Of a DNA stretch of 64,000 bases, positions 1 through 8,940 are shown piece after piece. How positions within the stretch are numbered: position 1 is the first letter of the stretch; each line of letters begins with the position of its first letter. The notes beneath the pieces were generated by a model. The model saw nothing but the letters and a program-made list of their open reading frames with translations. It made no database searches and had not been told where the DNA came from. The stretch is from an uncultured Desulfobacterales bacterium (lineage in GTDB: Bacteria > Desulfobacterota > Dissulfuribacteria > Dissulfuribacterales > QOAL01): assembly GCA_964573615.1 (NCBI GenBank), contig CAZNKD010000035.1, positions 6,394 through 70,393 on the forward strand, in the 5' to 3' direction. A program made the position numbers and the translations under genes.

Positions 1-32
1 GATCCTTTGCCCATGACGAGAGTGGCTGCACC

Positions 33-1418
33 ATGGCCACCTATTCACCGTATGGCCGGGGTGATGCGAAATCCGTTGTTTCGCGTCTTTGCAAGGTCGC
101 TCCAGAGCACTGGCTTTCTCTTTTGAAGGGTACATTTCAGTCGGCCAAGGCAGGGGCTTCCCAAAAGTCCAGGACCTCAAGGGGGGCTGCCAGTGATGCT
201 GCAGCCACCACCGGCAGCCAAGGGGCCTCTTCAACACTCTTGGATAATTTGGCCGCCCTGATGGCAGACATGAGGTATCCCTTTCATCCCGGCTACGCGG
301 CAATGGTGTGCAGGAGCGGGGCGGTATCCTTTGCGGAGATGGATAGGATCCCTGAAAGAAGGCTTGGGTCCGGTCCGCTGAAGGATGCCATGGAGATGGC
401 TGCACGGGGAGACCTTGCAGGGTGTACGCGGCTCCTTGGATATATGGATGAGGATGGTCAGGGCTCGGAATTCTTCATCTTGAAGGGCCTGTCCCTGCTC
501 TTTCAGAAAAGACCGGACAGTGCCTTGGTCGCCTGGCTCGATGCAGAGCGGAGTGCCAAGACACCCCTCAGAAAGAGCTATGCCATCCTCCTTCAAAGCA
601 GGCTCTTTTTTCTCAAAGGAGACCTGCCAAGTGCCGTCGATGCTGCATCGAGGGCCATAAGGGCCGACAAGACCTGCTCCTTTGCACCCTACTGGCGGAT
701 GGCCATGTCCGGACACAGGGGGCAGTGCTCCGAGGTCGCCGCCTTTTTGACCGGCAGAGACACCAGTGCCCATCTCTTGATGAGTGCCCTCTGCGATCCC
801 CTCTTGATCCCTTGCGAGGAAATCGTAGAAAAGCTCTTCAGGCAGAGCTGGCTCCAGATGGAGGAGCGGCTCAGGGGCAGGGTCGAGTCCCTCGAGGAGA
901 GTATCGATGAGGTCTCTCGTGCCTTCGGGCCGGATATGACAGCGGATGTTGCAAGAAGATTCATGAAGTGGCGTGGCAGGTGGGCCCAGATGGGGCTTTG
1001 TCAGCTAAAGGAGGGAGAGGGCTTCCTTGATGAGCTTTCAGAAACTCTCAGGCAGGCAGCGGCAAATGGCACCCTGTCCGGCCTGAAGGAGCTGTTTAGG
1101 GCATCTAAACGGGCAAGGAGATTGTTAGAGGCCCTGCCTGGCAGTCAGGACGGGCGCAGGCTCAGGTCGAGATGTGTCGATTTCATAAAGGAGTCCTCCA
1201 GGGTCATAAACCGCAAGCCCCCACCAGCCCTTTCAGAGCTCATAGCCCTGAAGGAGCAAGTGGACCGTCTGCTTTCAGAGTTCGAGGCGATAGATGAGGC
1301 CTGCGGGCAGCTCTTTCAGAGGGTCGTGAGGGCAAGACTCATAAAACGGTATGCGGTCCTTGGGGTGATGGCCATGATGATCATCTGGTTGGCCATCTAC
1401 CTGTACGTGATGTGGTAA
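33..1418 (+). CDS. hypothetical protein, helical/coiled-coil rich, C-terminal transmembrane tail anchor
   Basis: 461-aa ORF with an ATG start. I recognise no catalytic motif. The last ~25 aa (AVLGVMAMMIIWLAIYLYVMW) are hydrophobic. The TPR-like helical character of the middle region is only a guess. Confidence 0.5.
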   Translation: MATYSPYGRGDAKSVVSRLCKVAPEHWLSLLKGTFQSAKAGASQKSRTSRGAASDAAATTGSQGASSTLLDNLAALMADMRYPFHPGYAAMVCRSGAVSFAEMDRIPERRLGSGPLKDAMEMAARGDLAGCTRLLGYMDEDGQGSEFFILKGLSLLFQKRPDSALVAWLDAERSAKTPLRKSYAILLQSRLFFLKGDLPSAVDAASRAIRADKTCSFAPYWRMAMSGHRGQCSEVAAFLTGRDTSAHLLMSALCDPLLIPCEEIVEKLFRQSWLQMEERLRGRVESLEESIDEVSRAFGPDMTADVARRFMKWRGRWAQMGLCQLKEGEGFLDELSETLRQAAANGTLSGLKELFRASKRARRLLEALPGSQDGRRLRSRCVDFIKESSRVINRKPPPALSELIALKEQVDRLLSEFEAIDEACGQLFQRVVRARLIKRYAVLGVMAMMIIWLAIYLYVMW

Positions 1419-1453
1419 GATAAGGAGAAAAGGGGGCACAGGCCAAAAAAGAG

Positions 1454-1482
1454 TTGACGCAGATGCCGGTAGTGGCTATATG
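1454..1482 (+). promoter_or_regulatory. sigma70-like promoter candidate for the rho leader
   Basis: TTGACG (1454-1459), 17-nt spacer, TATATG (1477-1482). It lies ~385 nt upstream of the rho ATG. Confidence 0.4.
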
Positions 1483-1866
1483 AAGGGTGTCAACCAGAAA
1501 GCCTCAGGCGAAGAGCCTTATGGCGTGCCAGCCAGACCTGCTATATCTTCCACATCAAATTATCTTTTGTGGATTACAGTAAGGCTTTTAAAGTTCCCGA
1601 TCGCTTATAACAGTACCACCCACCTCTTGGGAGGCTGCATCTCGGGATCATGTCATGGGAGTTGATCCCTTTAAAGGGACAGGGTCAGGCACAAGGGTTG
1701 GTAAGGGTTAAGAAAGATTAGGGAGTTTAGATAGTAGAAAAGCAAGGATAGACTTCAATAGGAACCAGCAAGCATCAGAAGCACGCCTACTGAAAAGCAA
1801 CTTCTCATTTTCTATATATTTCCGCGCTATTGATTCAATCCTACACTCACCAGAGGTATCTTTATC

Positions 1867-3231
1867 ATGGTTAGACGAAAGTCGAATAACAATAACAGCA
1901 CCAATGGAAATGCCAGGAATTCGGCGCCAGACAAGTCGGGAAACGGCACAGTGAGCAGTGGCGTATCCCGCATGCCCGTCCTCTATCTGGAAGAGCTGAA
2001 GAAAAAATCCGTTGCCGAGCTCATGAAGATGGCATCAGATCTCGGTGTGGAGGTCTCGGCCACGGGAAAGCGCAAACAGGACATCATCTTTGCCATCCTG
2101 AAGGCCCAGGCCCAGAACAACGGGGTGGTCTATGGAGACGGGGTGCTGGAGATCCTGCAGGATGGATTCGGGTTCTTGAGAAGCCCGGACTACAACTATC
2201 TGCCAGGGCCGGACGACATCTATGTATCACCCTCACAGATAAGGCGTTTCAGCCTGAATACGGGCGATACAATATCTGGCCAGATTCGTCCTCCAAAGGA
2301 GGGGGAGCGCTATTTCGCCCTTCTCAAGGTGGAGCAGATCAATTTCGATCCGCCGGAAAAGGCCTTCGAGCGGGTACACTTCGACAATCTGACCCCCCTC
2401 TATCCGGACGAGCAGCTCAAGCTCGAGACCACGCCAGACAATCTCGGTGGCAGGATCATGGATCTCATGACCCCTATCGGCAAGGGGCAGCGCGGGCTCA
2501 TCGTGGCCCCGCCAAGGACCGGCAAGACCATGCTGCTTCAGAGCATTGCAAACTCCATATCCCAGAATCATCCGGAGGTCTACCTCATCGTGCTGCTCAT
2601 AGACGAACGGCCTGAAGAGGTGACCGACATGCAGCGCTCCGTCAAGGCCGAGGTGATAAGCTCCACCTTTGACGAGCCTGCCCAGAGGCATGTTCAGGTC
2701 TCTGAGATGGTGATCGAGAAGGCAAAGCGCCTGGTAGAGCACAAGAAGGATGTGATGATACTGCTCGACAGCATCACCCGCCTTGCCAGGGCCTACAATA
2801 CCGTGGTCCCCCACAGCGGGAAGATCCTGTCCGGTGGCGTGGATTCAAACGCCCTTCACAGGCCCAAACGGTTCTTTGGCGCAGCCCGGAATATCGAAGA
2901 GGGCGGAAGCCTCACCATCATAGCAACTGCCCTGATAGATACCGGAAGCCGCATGGACGAGGTGATATTCGAGGAGTTCAAGGGTACAGGCAACATGGAG
3001 ATACACCTTGACAGGAAGTTGACAGAGAAGAGGATCTTCCCTTCCATAGACATAAACCGTTCCGGCACCCGAAAGGAGGAGCTGCTCCTGGCCCCCGATG
3101 TACTGAACCGGGTATGGATCCTGAGAAAACTCCTCTCCCCTCTGAATCCCATAGATACCATGGAGTTTCTGCTGGACAAGATGAAGGATACCGAGAGCAA
3201 CGAGGAGTTCCTGGCCTCCATGAACAGATGA
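1867..3231 (+). CDS. rho: transcription termination factor Rho (with Asn/Ser-rich N-terminal extension)
   Basis: 454 aa. Motifs seen: GFGFLR RNA-binding, Walker [39 protein letters not shown]. Confidence 0.97.
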   Translation: MVRRKSNNNNSTNGNARNSAPDKSGNGTVSSGVSRMPVLYLEELKKKSVAELMKMASDLGVEVSATGKRKQDIIFAILKAQAQNNGVVYGDGVLEILQDGFGFLRSPDYNYLPGPDDIYVSPSQIRRFSLNTGDTISGQIRPPKEGERYFALLKVEQINFDPPEKAFERVHFDNLTPLYPDEQLKLETTPDNLGGRIMDLMTPIGKGQRGLIVAPPRTGKTMLLQSIANSISQNHPEVYLIVLLIDERPEEVTDMQRSVKAEVISSTFDEPAQRHVQVSEMVIEKAKRLVEHKKDVMILLDSITRLARAYNTVVPHSGKILSGGVDSNALHRPKRFFGAARNIEEGGSLTIIATALIDTGSRMDEVIFEEFKGTGNMEIHLDRKLTEKRIFPSIDINRSGTRKEELLLAPDVLNRVWILRKLLSPLNPIDTMEFLLDKMKDTESNEEFLASMNR

Positions 3232-3317
3232 GGCAGGCAGCCCTTGACGAAACAGGCGCTTTTACTTAAAAAGAGTGATTCACGACTTAAAATTACCAAA
3301 AGGGAGACCATATAGAG

Positions 3318-3536
3318 ATGAAGGAAGGCATACATCCCGAATACCATAAGGCAAAGGTCCGCTGCGCTTGCGGCAACGAGTTCGAGGTGGGTTCCACCCT
3401 GAAGGAGATCAAGGTGGAGATCTGCTCCCAGTGCCATCCCTTCTTCACCGGCAAGCAGAAACTCGTTGATACCGCGGGCCGTGTGGAGAAATTCATGAAG
3501 AAGTACGGCAAGTCCATGGAGGCCAACTCCAAGTAA
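3318..3536 (+). CDS. rpmE: 50S ribosomal protein L31 (Zn-ribbon type)
   Basis: 72 aa starting MKEGIHPEY, with CxC...CxxCH cysteines and HPFFTGKQK. Confidence 0.95.
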   Translation: MKEGIHPEYHKAKVRCACGNEFEVGSTLKEIKVEICSQCHPFFTGKQKLVDTAGRVEKFMKKYGKSMEANSK

Positions 3537-3582
3537 GCCTTCGGCTCACCCTTTCCGGTGCCGCAAGACCTTACCCATTTTC

Positions 3583-4656
3583 ATGTTTGAACGTCTGGAC
3601 GAGATAAAGGAGCGTTTCAAGGAGATAGAGCAGGAGCTCTCAAATCCCGATGTGGTCAAGGACCAGAACCGCTACCGGGAGCTTACCAAGGAGCACTCCG
3701 AGCTCGGCCAGATCGTCAGGGTCTACGACGAGTTCCTGGATGTCAGGAAACAGATAGAGGAGAACAAGGAGCTCCTCAAGGACCCCGATCCCGAGATGCG
3801 CGAGCTTGCAAAGGTAGAGCTCGCAGAGCTCGAAGAGAGGGAGGCAGAGCTGGAGGAGCGGCTTAAGGTGCTCCTGCTGCCCAAGGACCCCAACGATGAG
3901 AAGAATGTTCTCCTCGAGATCCGTGCTGGTACCGGGGGAGACGAGGCGGCCCTCTTTGCCGCGGATCTGTTTCGCATGTATAGCCGGTATGCAGAGCGCC
4001 AGGGCTGGAAGGTCGAGGTGCTCTCATCCCATGAGACCGGCATAGGCGGTTTCAAGGAGATCATTGCACTCATATCCGGAGATCGGGTCTTCAGCCGCCT
4101 GAAATATGAAAGCGGCACCCACCGAGTCCAGCGTGTGCCCGAGACAGAGACTCAGGGGCGTATCCATACCTCTGCGGTGACCGTGGCGGTGCTGCCCGAG
4201 GCAGACGAGGTGGATGTGGACATAAATCCTCAGGATCTCAGGATCGACGTTTACAGGGCCTCGGGTGCCGGTGGCCAGCATGTGAACAAGACCGAGTCCG
4301 CCGTACGCATAACCCATATACCCACGGGCCTTGTAGTGCAGTGCCAGGATGAGCGCTCCCAGCACAAGAACAAGGCCAAGGCCATGAAGGTGCTGGCAGC
4401 AAGGCTGCTGGACCTGAAACGTCAGGAGCAGCAGTCCCAGATGACGGAGCAGCGCCGCAGCCAGGTGGGCTCTGGCGACAGGAGCGAGCGCATCCGTACC
4501 TACAACTTTCCCCAGGGCCGGGTGACCGATCACCGTATCGGGCTCACCCTTTATAAACTGGAAGACATCATGCAGGGCGATATCGATGAGCTCATCGAGG
4601 CCCTTGGAACCCACTTTCAGGCAGAAGCCCTTGCCTCGGCAGGAAATCAGGCCTGA
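3583..4656 (+). CDS. prfA: peptide chain release factor 1
   Basis: 357 aa. GGQ motif [23 protein letters not shown] and RF1-type PxT tripeptide in [14 protein letters not shown]. Confidence 0.97.
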   Translation: MFERLDEIKERFKEIEQELSNPDVVKDQNRYRELTKEHSELGQIVRVYDEFLDVRKQIEENKELLKDPDPEMRELAKVELAELEEREAELEERLKVLLLPKDPNDEKNVLLEIRAGTGGDEAALFAADLFRMYSRYAERQGWKVEVLSSHETGIGGFKEIIALISGDRVFSRLKYESGTHRVQRVPETETQGRIHTSAVTVAVLPEADEVDVDINPQDLRIDVYRASGAGGQHVNKTESAVRITHIPTGLVVQCQDERSQHKNKAKAMKVLAARLLDLKRQEQQSQMTEQRRSQVGSGDRSERIRTYNFPQGRVTDHRIGLTLYKLEDIMQGDIDELIEALGTHFQAEALASAGNQA

Positions 4657-5587
4657 CAGGCCGCATCCCCCTAAACACAGATCCAAGGCCGATATCTCCG
4701 CTGACACGATAGGCAATACGGTCTCAGAGCTACTCGCATGGGCTGCCGAGCAGATAGCCGGCACCTGTCCGGACACCCCCCGCCTTGATGCCGAGGTCAT
4801 CCTGGCCTCAATACTTGAGAAAGACAGGCTCTGGCTCCATCTAAATCCAGGTTTCCACCCCGAACAGGACAGGATCCTGCGGTTTGCCGCGGCTGTTGAA
4901 AGAAGGTGCAACCATGAGCCTGTGGCCTATATCACCGGATGGTGCGAGTTCTTCTCAAGGCCCTTCAGGTGTGACAAGAGGGCCTTGATCCCGCGCCCTG
5001 AGACCGAGTTGATAGTGGAGCAGGCCATCTCCTGGGCAGATCGCATAGGGGCGGCCCCAGCCAATCATAGGATACTGGATCTTGGCACAGGCTCCGGGAT
5101 CCTTGCCATCACCCTGTGTCTGGAGCTTGGAGCCGGATCCGTGCTCGCAGTCGACCATTCATTCGGTGCATTGACCCTGGCAAGGGAGAATGCGATCCTC
5201 CATGGCTCTGATGACCGGGTGCATCTGCTCTGTTCAAGCTGGTTCTCGGCTCTCAGGGCAACAGGAACGGAAGGGCGCTTCAGTATAATCGTCTCCAACC
5301 CCCCATATGTTGGTGAAAAGGATCGTGACAGCCTCCCTGATAGCGTGGCCGCCTATGAGCCTGAAACCGCCCTCTTTGACGGGAGCAGGCAGGGGCTTTC
5401 CGCCCTTGAAGAGATCTTCCGGACAGCCCCTGCCTATCTGGATCGTCCAGGCATCCTGCTGTGTGAGACCGGCTGGGATCAGGCAGAAAGGGTCAAGGCC
5501 TTTGCCGATGCCCTCGGCATCTACAGGGCCATTTCGATCTTCAAGGATCTGTCGGGTATAAAACGGGTGGTGGCTGCAGAGCTTTGA
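4586..5587 (+). CDS. prmC: release factor glutamine N5-methyltransferase PrmC/HemK (start uncertain)
   Basis: SAM motif [12 protein letters not shown] and NPPY motif VSNPPYV. There is no ATG/GTG/TTG in frame downstream of the prfA stop before conserved sequence begins. Candidate starts are ATG 4586, TTG 4604 and TTG 4631, and all overlap the prfA 3' end. Confidence 0.85.
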   Translation: MSSSRPLEPTFRQKPLPRQEIRPDRPHPPKHRSKADISADTIGNTVSELLAWAAEQIAGTCPDTPRLDAEVILASILEKDRLWLHLNPGFHPEQDRILRFAAAVERRCNHEPVAYITGWCEFFSRPFRCDKRALIPRPETELIVEQAISWADRIGAAPANHRILDLGTGSGILAITLCLELGAGSVLAVDHSFGALTLARENAILHGSDDRVHLLCSSWFSALRATGTEGRFSIIVSNPPYVGEKDRDSLPDSVAAYEPETALFDGSRQGLSALEEIFRTAPAYLDRPGILLCETGWDQAERVKAFADALGIYRAISIFKDLSGIKRVVAAEL

Positions 5588-5627
5588 TGGCGGATCTGGA
5601 TCCCCCGTCTGTTTTTCTTCTTTTCAT

Positions 5628-5656
5628 TTGACCTGGATCAATGAAATGTGTATTTT
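5628..5656 (+). promoter_or_regulatory. sigma70-like promoter candidate
   Basis: TTGACC (5628-5633), 17-nt spacer, TATTTT (5651-5656), in the AT-rich gap upstream of the ferredoxin-domain gene. Confidence 0.3.
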
Positions 5657-5704
5657 TCTGGGCCAGAATCTCTTATAGTATAAAAATAATCCAATTAGGG
5701 AGAT

Positions 5705-6463
5705 TTGGTCTTGAAGATCCTGCGTAAAATCATAGAGATAGATGAAGAGCTATGTAATGGCTGTGGTCAGTGTGTGCCTGCCTGTGAAGAAGGGGCCATA
5801 GAGATAGTGGATGGAAAGGCAAGGCTCGTTGCCGAGAAGTATTGCGATGGCCTTGGGGCCTGCCTTGGTGAATGTCCGACAGGCGCACTCAAGATAGTAG
5901 AGCGTGAGGCAGAGGACTTCGACGAAGAGGCAGTCGAGGAGTATCTGAAGGAGAGGTCCATGGATGGCAAAGGCGCTGGGCCAGCACCGGATCAGCCTGA
6001 TTCTTCCGAAAAGATGGCCTGTGGCTGTCCTTCCAGCATGATTCGGGATCTTGGCCCTGCTGGACCGGCAGTTCAGGCGGTTTCCGCGCCTCGGGCCTCT
6101 CAGCTGGGTCACTGGCCGGTTCAGATCAATCTCATCCCACCCCATGCGCCCTTTTTGAAGGGGGCAGAGCTTCTGATCACAGCGGATTGTGTACCTGTTG
6201 CCCTTCCCGACTACCATGCCAGGTTCGTGCCCGGAAAAGTGGTGATGCTGGGATGTCCAAAATTCGACGATCAGTCTGCATATATCGAGAAATTTGCCCA
6301 GATATTTCGGCAGGCTGCCCCTAAATCCCTTACAGTTCTCATAATGGAGGTTCCTTGTTGTTCACAGATGATATATATTATGAAGCAGGCCATGGAGAGG
6401 GCAGGGGTGGAGATCCCGACACAGATCAAGGTGATCGGGCTCAAGGGGGATATCAAGTCTTGA
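5705..6463 (+). CDS. 2x[4Fe-4S] ferredoxin-domain protein with Cys-rich C-terminal domain of unknown function
   Basis: 252 aa with a TTG start. N-terminal motifs CNGCGQCVPAC...CDGLGACLGECP. The C-terminal half carries CGCP, ADCVP, LGCPKFDD and VPCC cysteines. No signal peptide. Confidence 0.75.
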   Translation: MVLKILRKIIEIDEELCNGCGQCVPACEEGAIEIVDGKARLVAEKYCDGLGACLGECPTGALKIVEREAEDFDEEAVEEYLKERSMDGKGAGPAPDQPDSSEKMACGCPSSMIRDLGPAGPAVQAVSAPRASQLGHWPVQINLIPPHAPFLKGAELLITADCVPVALPDYHARFVPGKVVMLGCPKFDDQSAYIEKFAQIFRQAAPKSLTVLIMEVPCCSQMIYIMKQAMERAGVEIPTQIKVIGLKGDIKS

Positions 6464-6496
6464 AGCCGGGTAGGGCTTGGCTCTTGATTTTCAGCC

Positions 6497-6509
6497 AATA
6501 ATAATTATT
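6497..6509. promoter_or_regulatory. Fur-box-like perfect palindrome AATAAT-A-ATTATT
   Basis: 6-1-6 perfect inverted repeat ~60 nt upstream of the cytochrome start. It resembles the GATAAT-N-ATTATC Fur core. Confidence 0.3.
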
Positions 6510-6569
6510 CACATAGATGGCCACTGTGTTACCATAATTAAAACAAACTTTACAAAAGGAGGAAGGTTT

Positions 6570-7880
6570 ATGATGAAGCGTGCCATGTTCGCAGGAGTGT
6601 TGTCTGCGGCCCTCATCGCCTTTGGAGGCATGATGGGTCAGGCCCAGGCAGCAGAGAATTGTATCGAGTGTCACAAGAAGGTGAGTCCCGGCCAGGTGAC
6701 GGACTGGAGTGTCAGCAAGCATGCCGAGAATGACATTACCTGTTCCGTCTGCCACGGCGAGGACCATCAGAGCGCCAAGGATGTCGACAAGGCTATCCTC
6801 CCTGACGAGCACAAGTGTGCCGAGTGTCATGAGGAGCAGTTCGAGTCCTTCAAGAAGGGTAAGCATCAGTTCGGTTGGACCTCACTCAATGCCCTGCCCA
6901 TCACCCATGTGGAGCCCGACACCCTCATGGAGGGCGGCAAGGGCTGCGGTGGATGTCACAACATGGGCATCAAGACCGAGGAGCAGAAGCAGGCCCAGAC
7001 CAAGTGGGGCCAGCGTTATCAGAACAACTCCTGTGACGAGTGCCACACCAGGCACAGCTTCTCAAAGAAGGAGGCGCAGGATCCCCAGGCCTGTCAGCAG
7101 TGCCACATGGGCTATGACCATCCCCAGTGGGAGATGTGGTCCAGCTCCAAGCACGGTTCCCGCTGGTTCGCCAAGCAGAGGGGCGCCCTGCCTGCAGATG
7201 CACAGGCCCCAACCTGCCAGACCTGTCACCTGCCCGATGGCACCCACAACAACAGGACTGCATGGGGCTTCTTGGGTGTAAGACTTCCTCTCCCCGAGGA
7301 TAAGCAGTGGGCAGCCGATCAGGTTACCATCCTGAAGGCCCTTGGCGTGCTCAATCCCGAGACCGGAAAGCCCACCGCAAGGCTGGATGCCGTAAAGGCC
7401 GTCCGTCTCGCCAGGCTCACCAAGGAGGAGTTCGACGAGGAGCGCAACAAGATGAAGGATCGCTGTGCCAAGTGCCACTCCAGGAACTATGTGGATAAGC
7501 AGTTCGAGATGGCAGACGAGGCCTTCAAGCAGGTCGATCATCTCCTGGCCGAGGGGATCAGGATAGTTGCAGGCCTCTACAAGGACGGCATCCTCAAGAA
7601 GAGGAACAGCCAGCCCTTTGCCTATCCAGACTTCCTCTACTTCATGAGGACCGATTACAGCGCAGCCAGTGGAGACAGCTACAAGAACCTGCCAGATGGC
7701 ATGAGCTATATCGAGCAGGTACTCTTCCAGATGTACATGAAGCACCGTATGCGTGCCTATCAGGGCTACTTCCACATGAACCCAGACTATGCCTACTGGT
7801 ACGGCTGGGCCATGATGACCAAGGATCTTGGACACATCAAGGAACTTGCCGCCGAGATGAGGGCCAGCCACAAGAAGTAA
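6570..7880 (+). CDS. periplasmic octaheme cytochrome c, hydroxylamine oxidoreductase (HAO)-like family
   Basis: RBS AAAGGAGGAAGG precedes ATG 6570. Signal peptide ends ...GQAQA/AE. Eight CxxCH motifs (CIECH, CSVCH, CAECH, CGGCH, CDECH, CQQCH, CQTCH, CAKCH). HAO-like stretch CHTRHSFS...CHMGYDHPQWEMWSSSKHG. The ORF track's upstream extension (6477) is not supported. Confidence 0.85.
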   Translation: MMKRAMFAGVLSAALIAFGGMMGQAQAAENCIECHKKVSPGQVTDWSVSKHAENDITCSVCHGEDHQSAKDVDKAILPDEHKCAECHEEQFESFKKGKHQFGWTSLNALPITHVEPDTLMEGGKGCGGCHNMGIKTEEQKQAQTKWGQRYQNNSCDECHTRHSFSKKEAQDPQACQQCHMGYDHPQWEMWSSSKHGSRWFAKQRGALPADAQAPTCQTCHLPDGTHNNRTAWGFLGVRLPLPEDKQWAADQVTILKALGVLNPETGKPTARLDAVKAVRLARLTKEEFDEERNKMKDRCAKCHSRNYVDKQFEMADEAFKQVDHLLAEGIRIVAGLYKDGILKKRNSQPFAYPDFLYFMRTDYSAASGDSYKNLPDGMSYIEQVLFQMYMKHRMRAYQGYFHMNPDYAYWYGWAMMTKDLGHIKELAAEMRASHKK

Positions 7881-7912
7881 TGATGGCCTGAATCGGCAAA
7901 ACGGCTCTTGAA

Positions 7913-7952
7913 GGGGCGGCTGGGGGCAGATTCCAGCCGCCCCTTTCTTTTT
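7913..7952 (+). terminator. rho-independent terminator
   Basis: Perfect 11-bp stem GGGGCGGCTGG/CCAGCCGCCCC followed by TTTCTTTTT. Confidence 0.8.
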
Positions 7953-7980
7953 GGCAGAAACTTTTCTGAAAAAGCCCTCC

Positions 7981-8706
7981 CTATGCCCCCTCGAGCATCG
8001 CCTTCAGGGTGAGGGCATCCCTTGCGGCAGAGCCATCGTCCGTGTTGTCGAAGTACCAGAAGACCTCCTCCACCGGCAGCTTGCCTACGCTCTTTAGCCA
8101 TCTTTCAAGCCTGTCCCGTCCATACAGCCCCCGGTAGAGCTGCTCGTGGCCGTGGAGGCGTACATAGGCGAAGGCAGCGGTGGCAGAAACGGTCATGGGA
8201 TATCTGCCTGCGGTGTCGCTTATGACCCAGGCGATATCCTCTGCCCTCAGGAGTGAGAGCACCTCCTGGCTGTGCCAGGATGGGTGTCTTGCCTCGATGG
8301 CATGTTTGATCCCATCTCTTGGCAGCATGGCGATGAAGGCCTTGGCCCTCTGAGTGTCAAAGGAGAGGGATGGTGGCAGCTGCCACAGGACCACCCCGAG
8401 CTTTTCCTCGAGTATCATCGCCCTGTCCATGAATTTCGAGACCGATTCCTCCTCCACCTCGAGCCTCCTGATATGGGTGATGAATCTCGGGCCCTTTACG
8501 GACCAGATGAAATTGGCAGGTGTCCTGTCGTACCAACCCTGCCACGTCCTTTCAGGAAAGGATCTATAGAATGAGGCATTCAGTTCCACGGTATCGAGGC
8601 GTTCCGCGTATTTTTCGAGAAATCGCCTCTTGGCTGTCCCCTCTGGGTAGAGGGTGCCTATAAATGTCTCATAGTTCCAGCCGCTGGTGCCCACATGGAT
8701 CTTCAT
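7981..8706 (-). CDS. DUF72 (YecE-like) family protein
   Basis: 241 aa starting MKIHVGTSGWNY, with ...LDTVELNASFYR... typical of DUF72. Confidence 0.8.
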   Translation of the reverse strand: MKIHVGTSGWNYETFIGTLYPEGTAKRRFLEKYAERLDTVELNASFYRSFPERTWQGWYDRTPANFIWSVKGPRFITHIRRLEVEEESVSKFMDRAMILEEKLGVVLWQLPPSLSFDTQRAKAFIAMLPRDGIKHAIEARHPSWHSQEVLSLLRAEDIAWVISDTAGRYPMTVSATAAFAYVRLHGHEQLYRGLYGRDRLERWLKSVGKLPVEEVFWYFDNTDDGSAARDALTLKAMLEGA

Positions 8707-8794
8707 GGCCTGTACCCAATATTGCTGCTGTCCTTTTTATCTTGATGGTGCCTTGCCAGGCACTCTACAGGTGAAGTGTATCGCCTGTTTCTCC

Positions 8795-8823
8795 TTGACG
8801 AAAGCATGAAAAGGTGTTATTCG
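8795..8823 (+). promoter_or_regulatory. promoter candidate for tRNA-Pro(GGG)
   Basis: TTGACG, 17-nt spacer, TATTCG with an extended -10 TG. It lies ~28 nt upstream of the tRNA 5' end. Confidence 0.3.
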
Positions 8824-8850
8824 ATTTGTCCCTGGAATAATTGAAATTAT

Positions 8851-8927
8851 CGGGACGTGGCGCAGTCTGGAAGCGCACCTGAATGGGGTTCAGGGGGTCG
8901 GAGGTTCAAATCCTCTCGTCCCGACCA
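8851..8927 (+). tRNA. tRNA-Pro (anticodon GGG)
   Basis: Cloverleaf folded by eye. Acceptor CGGGACG/CGTCCCG, anticodon stem CCTGA/TCAGG with loop ATGGGGT, T-loop GGTTCAAATCC, encoded CCA. Confidence 0.9.
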
Positions 8928-8940
8928 GATTCAAGAAGAT

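Noticed and set aside
1480-1665. 61-aa ORF in the rho leader
   Set aside because: It has no RBS and no recognisable sequence. The region is more plausibly an untranslated regulatory leader, though a leader peptide cannot be strictly excluded.
6526-6532. GTGTTAC heptamer upstream of the cytochrome gene as a possible NikR-type half-site
   Set aside because: I am unsure of the consensus, and no inverted partner (GTAACAC) occurs at any plausible spacing.
6477-6569. N-terminal extension of the cytochrome ORF from 6477
   Set aside because: The extension runs through AT-rich promoter-like DNA. A strong RBS followed by a textbook signal peptide starts at ATG 6570.
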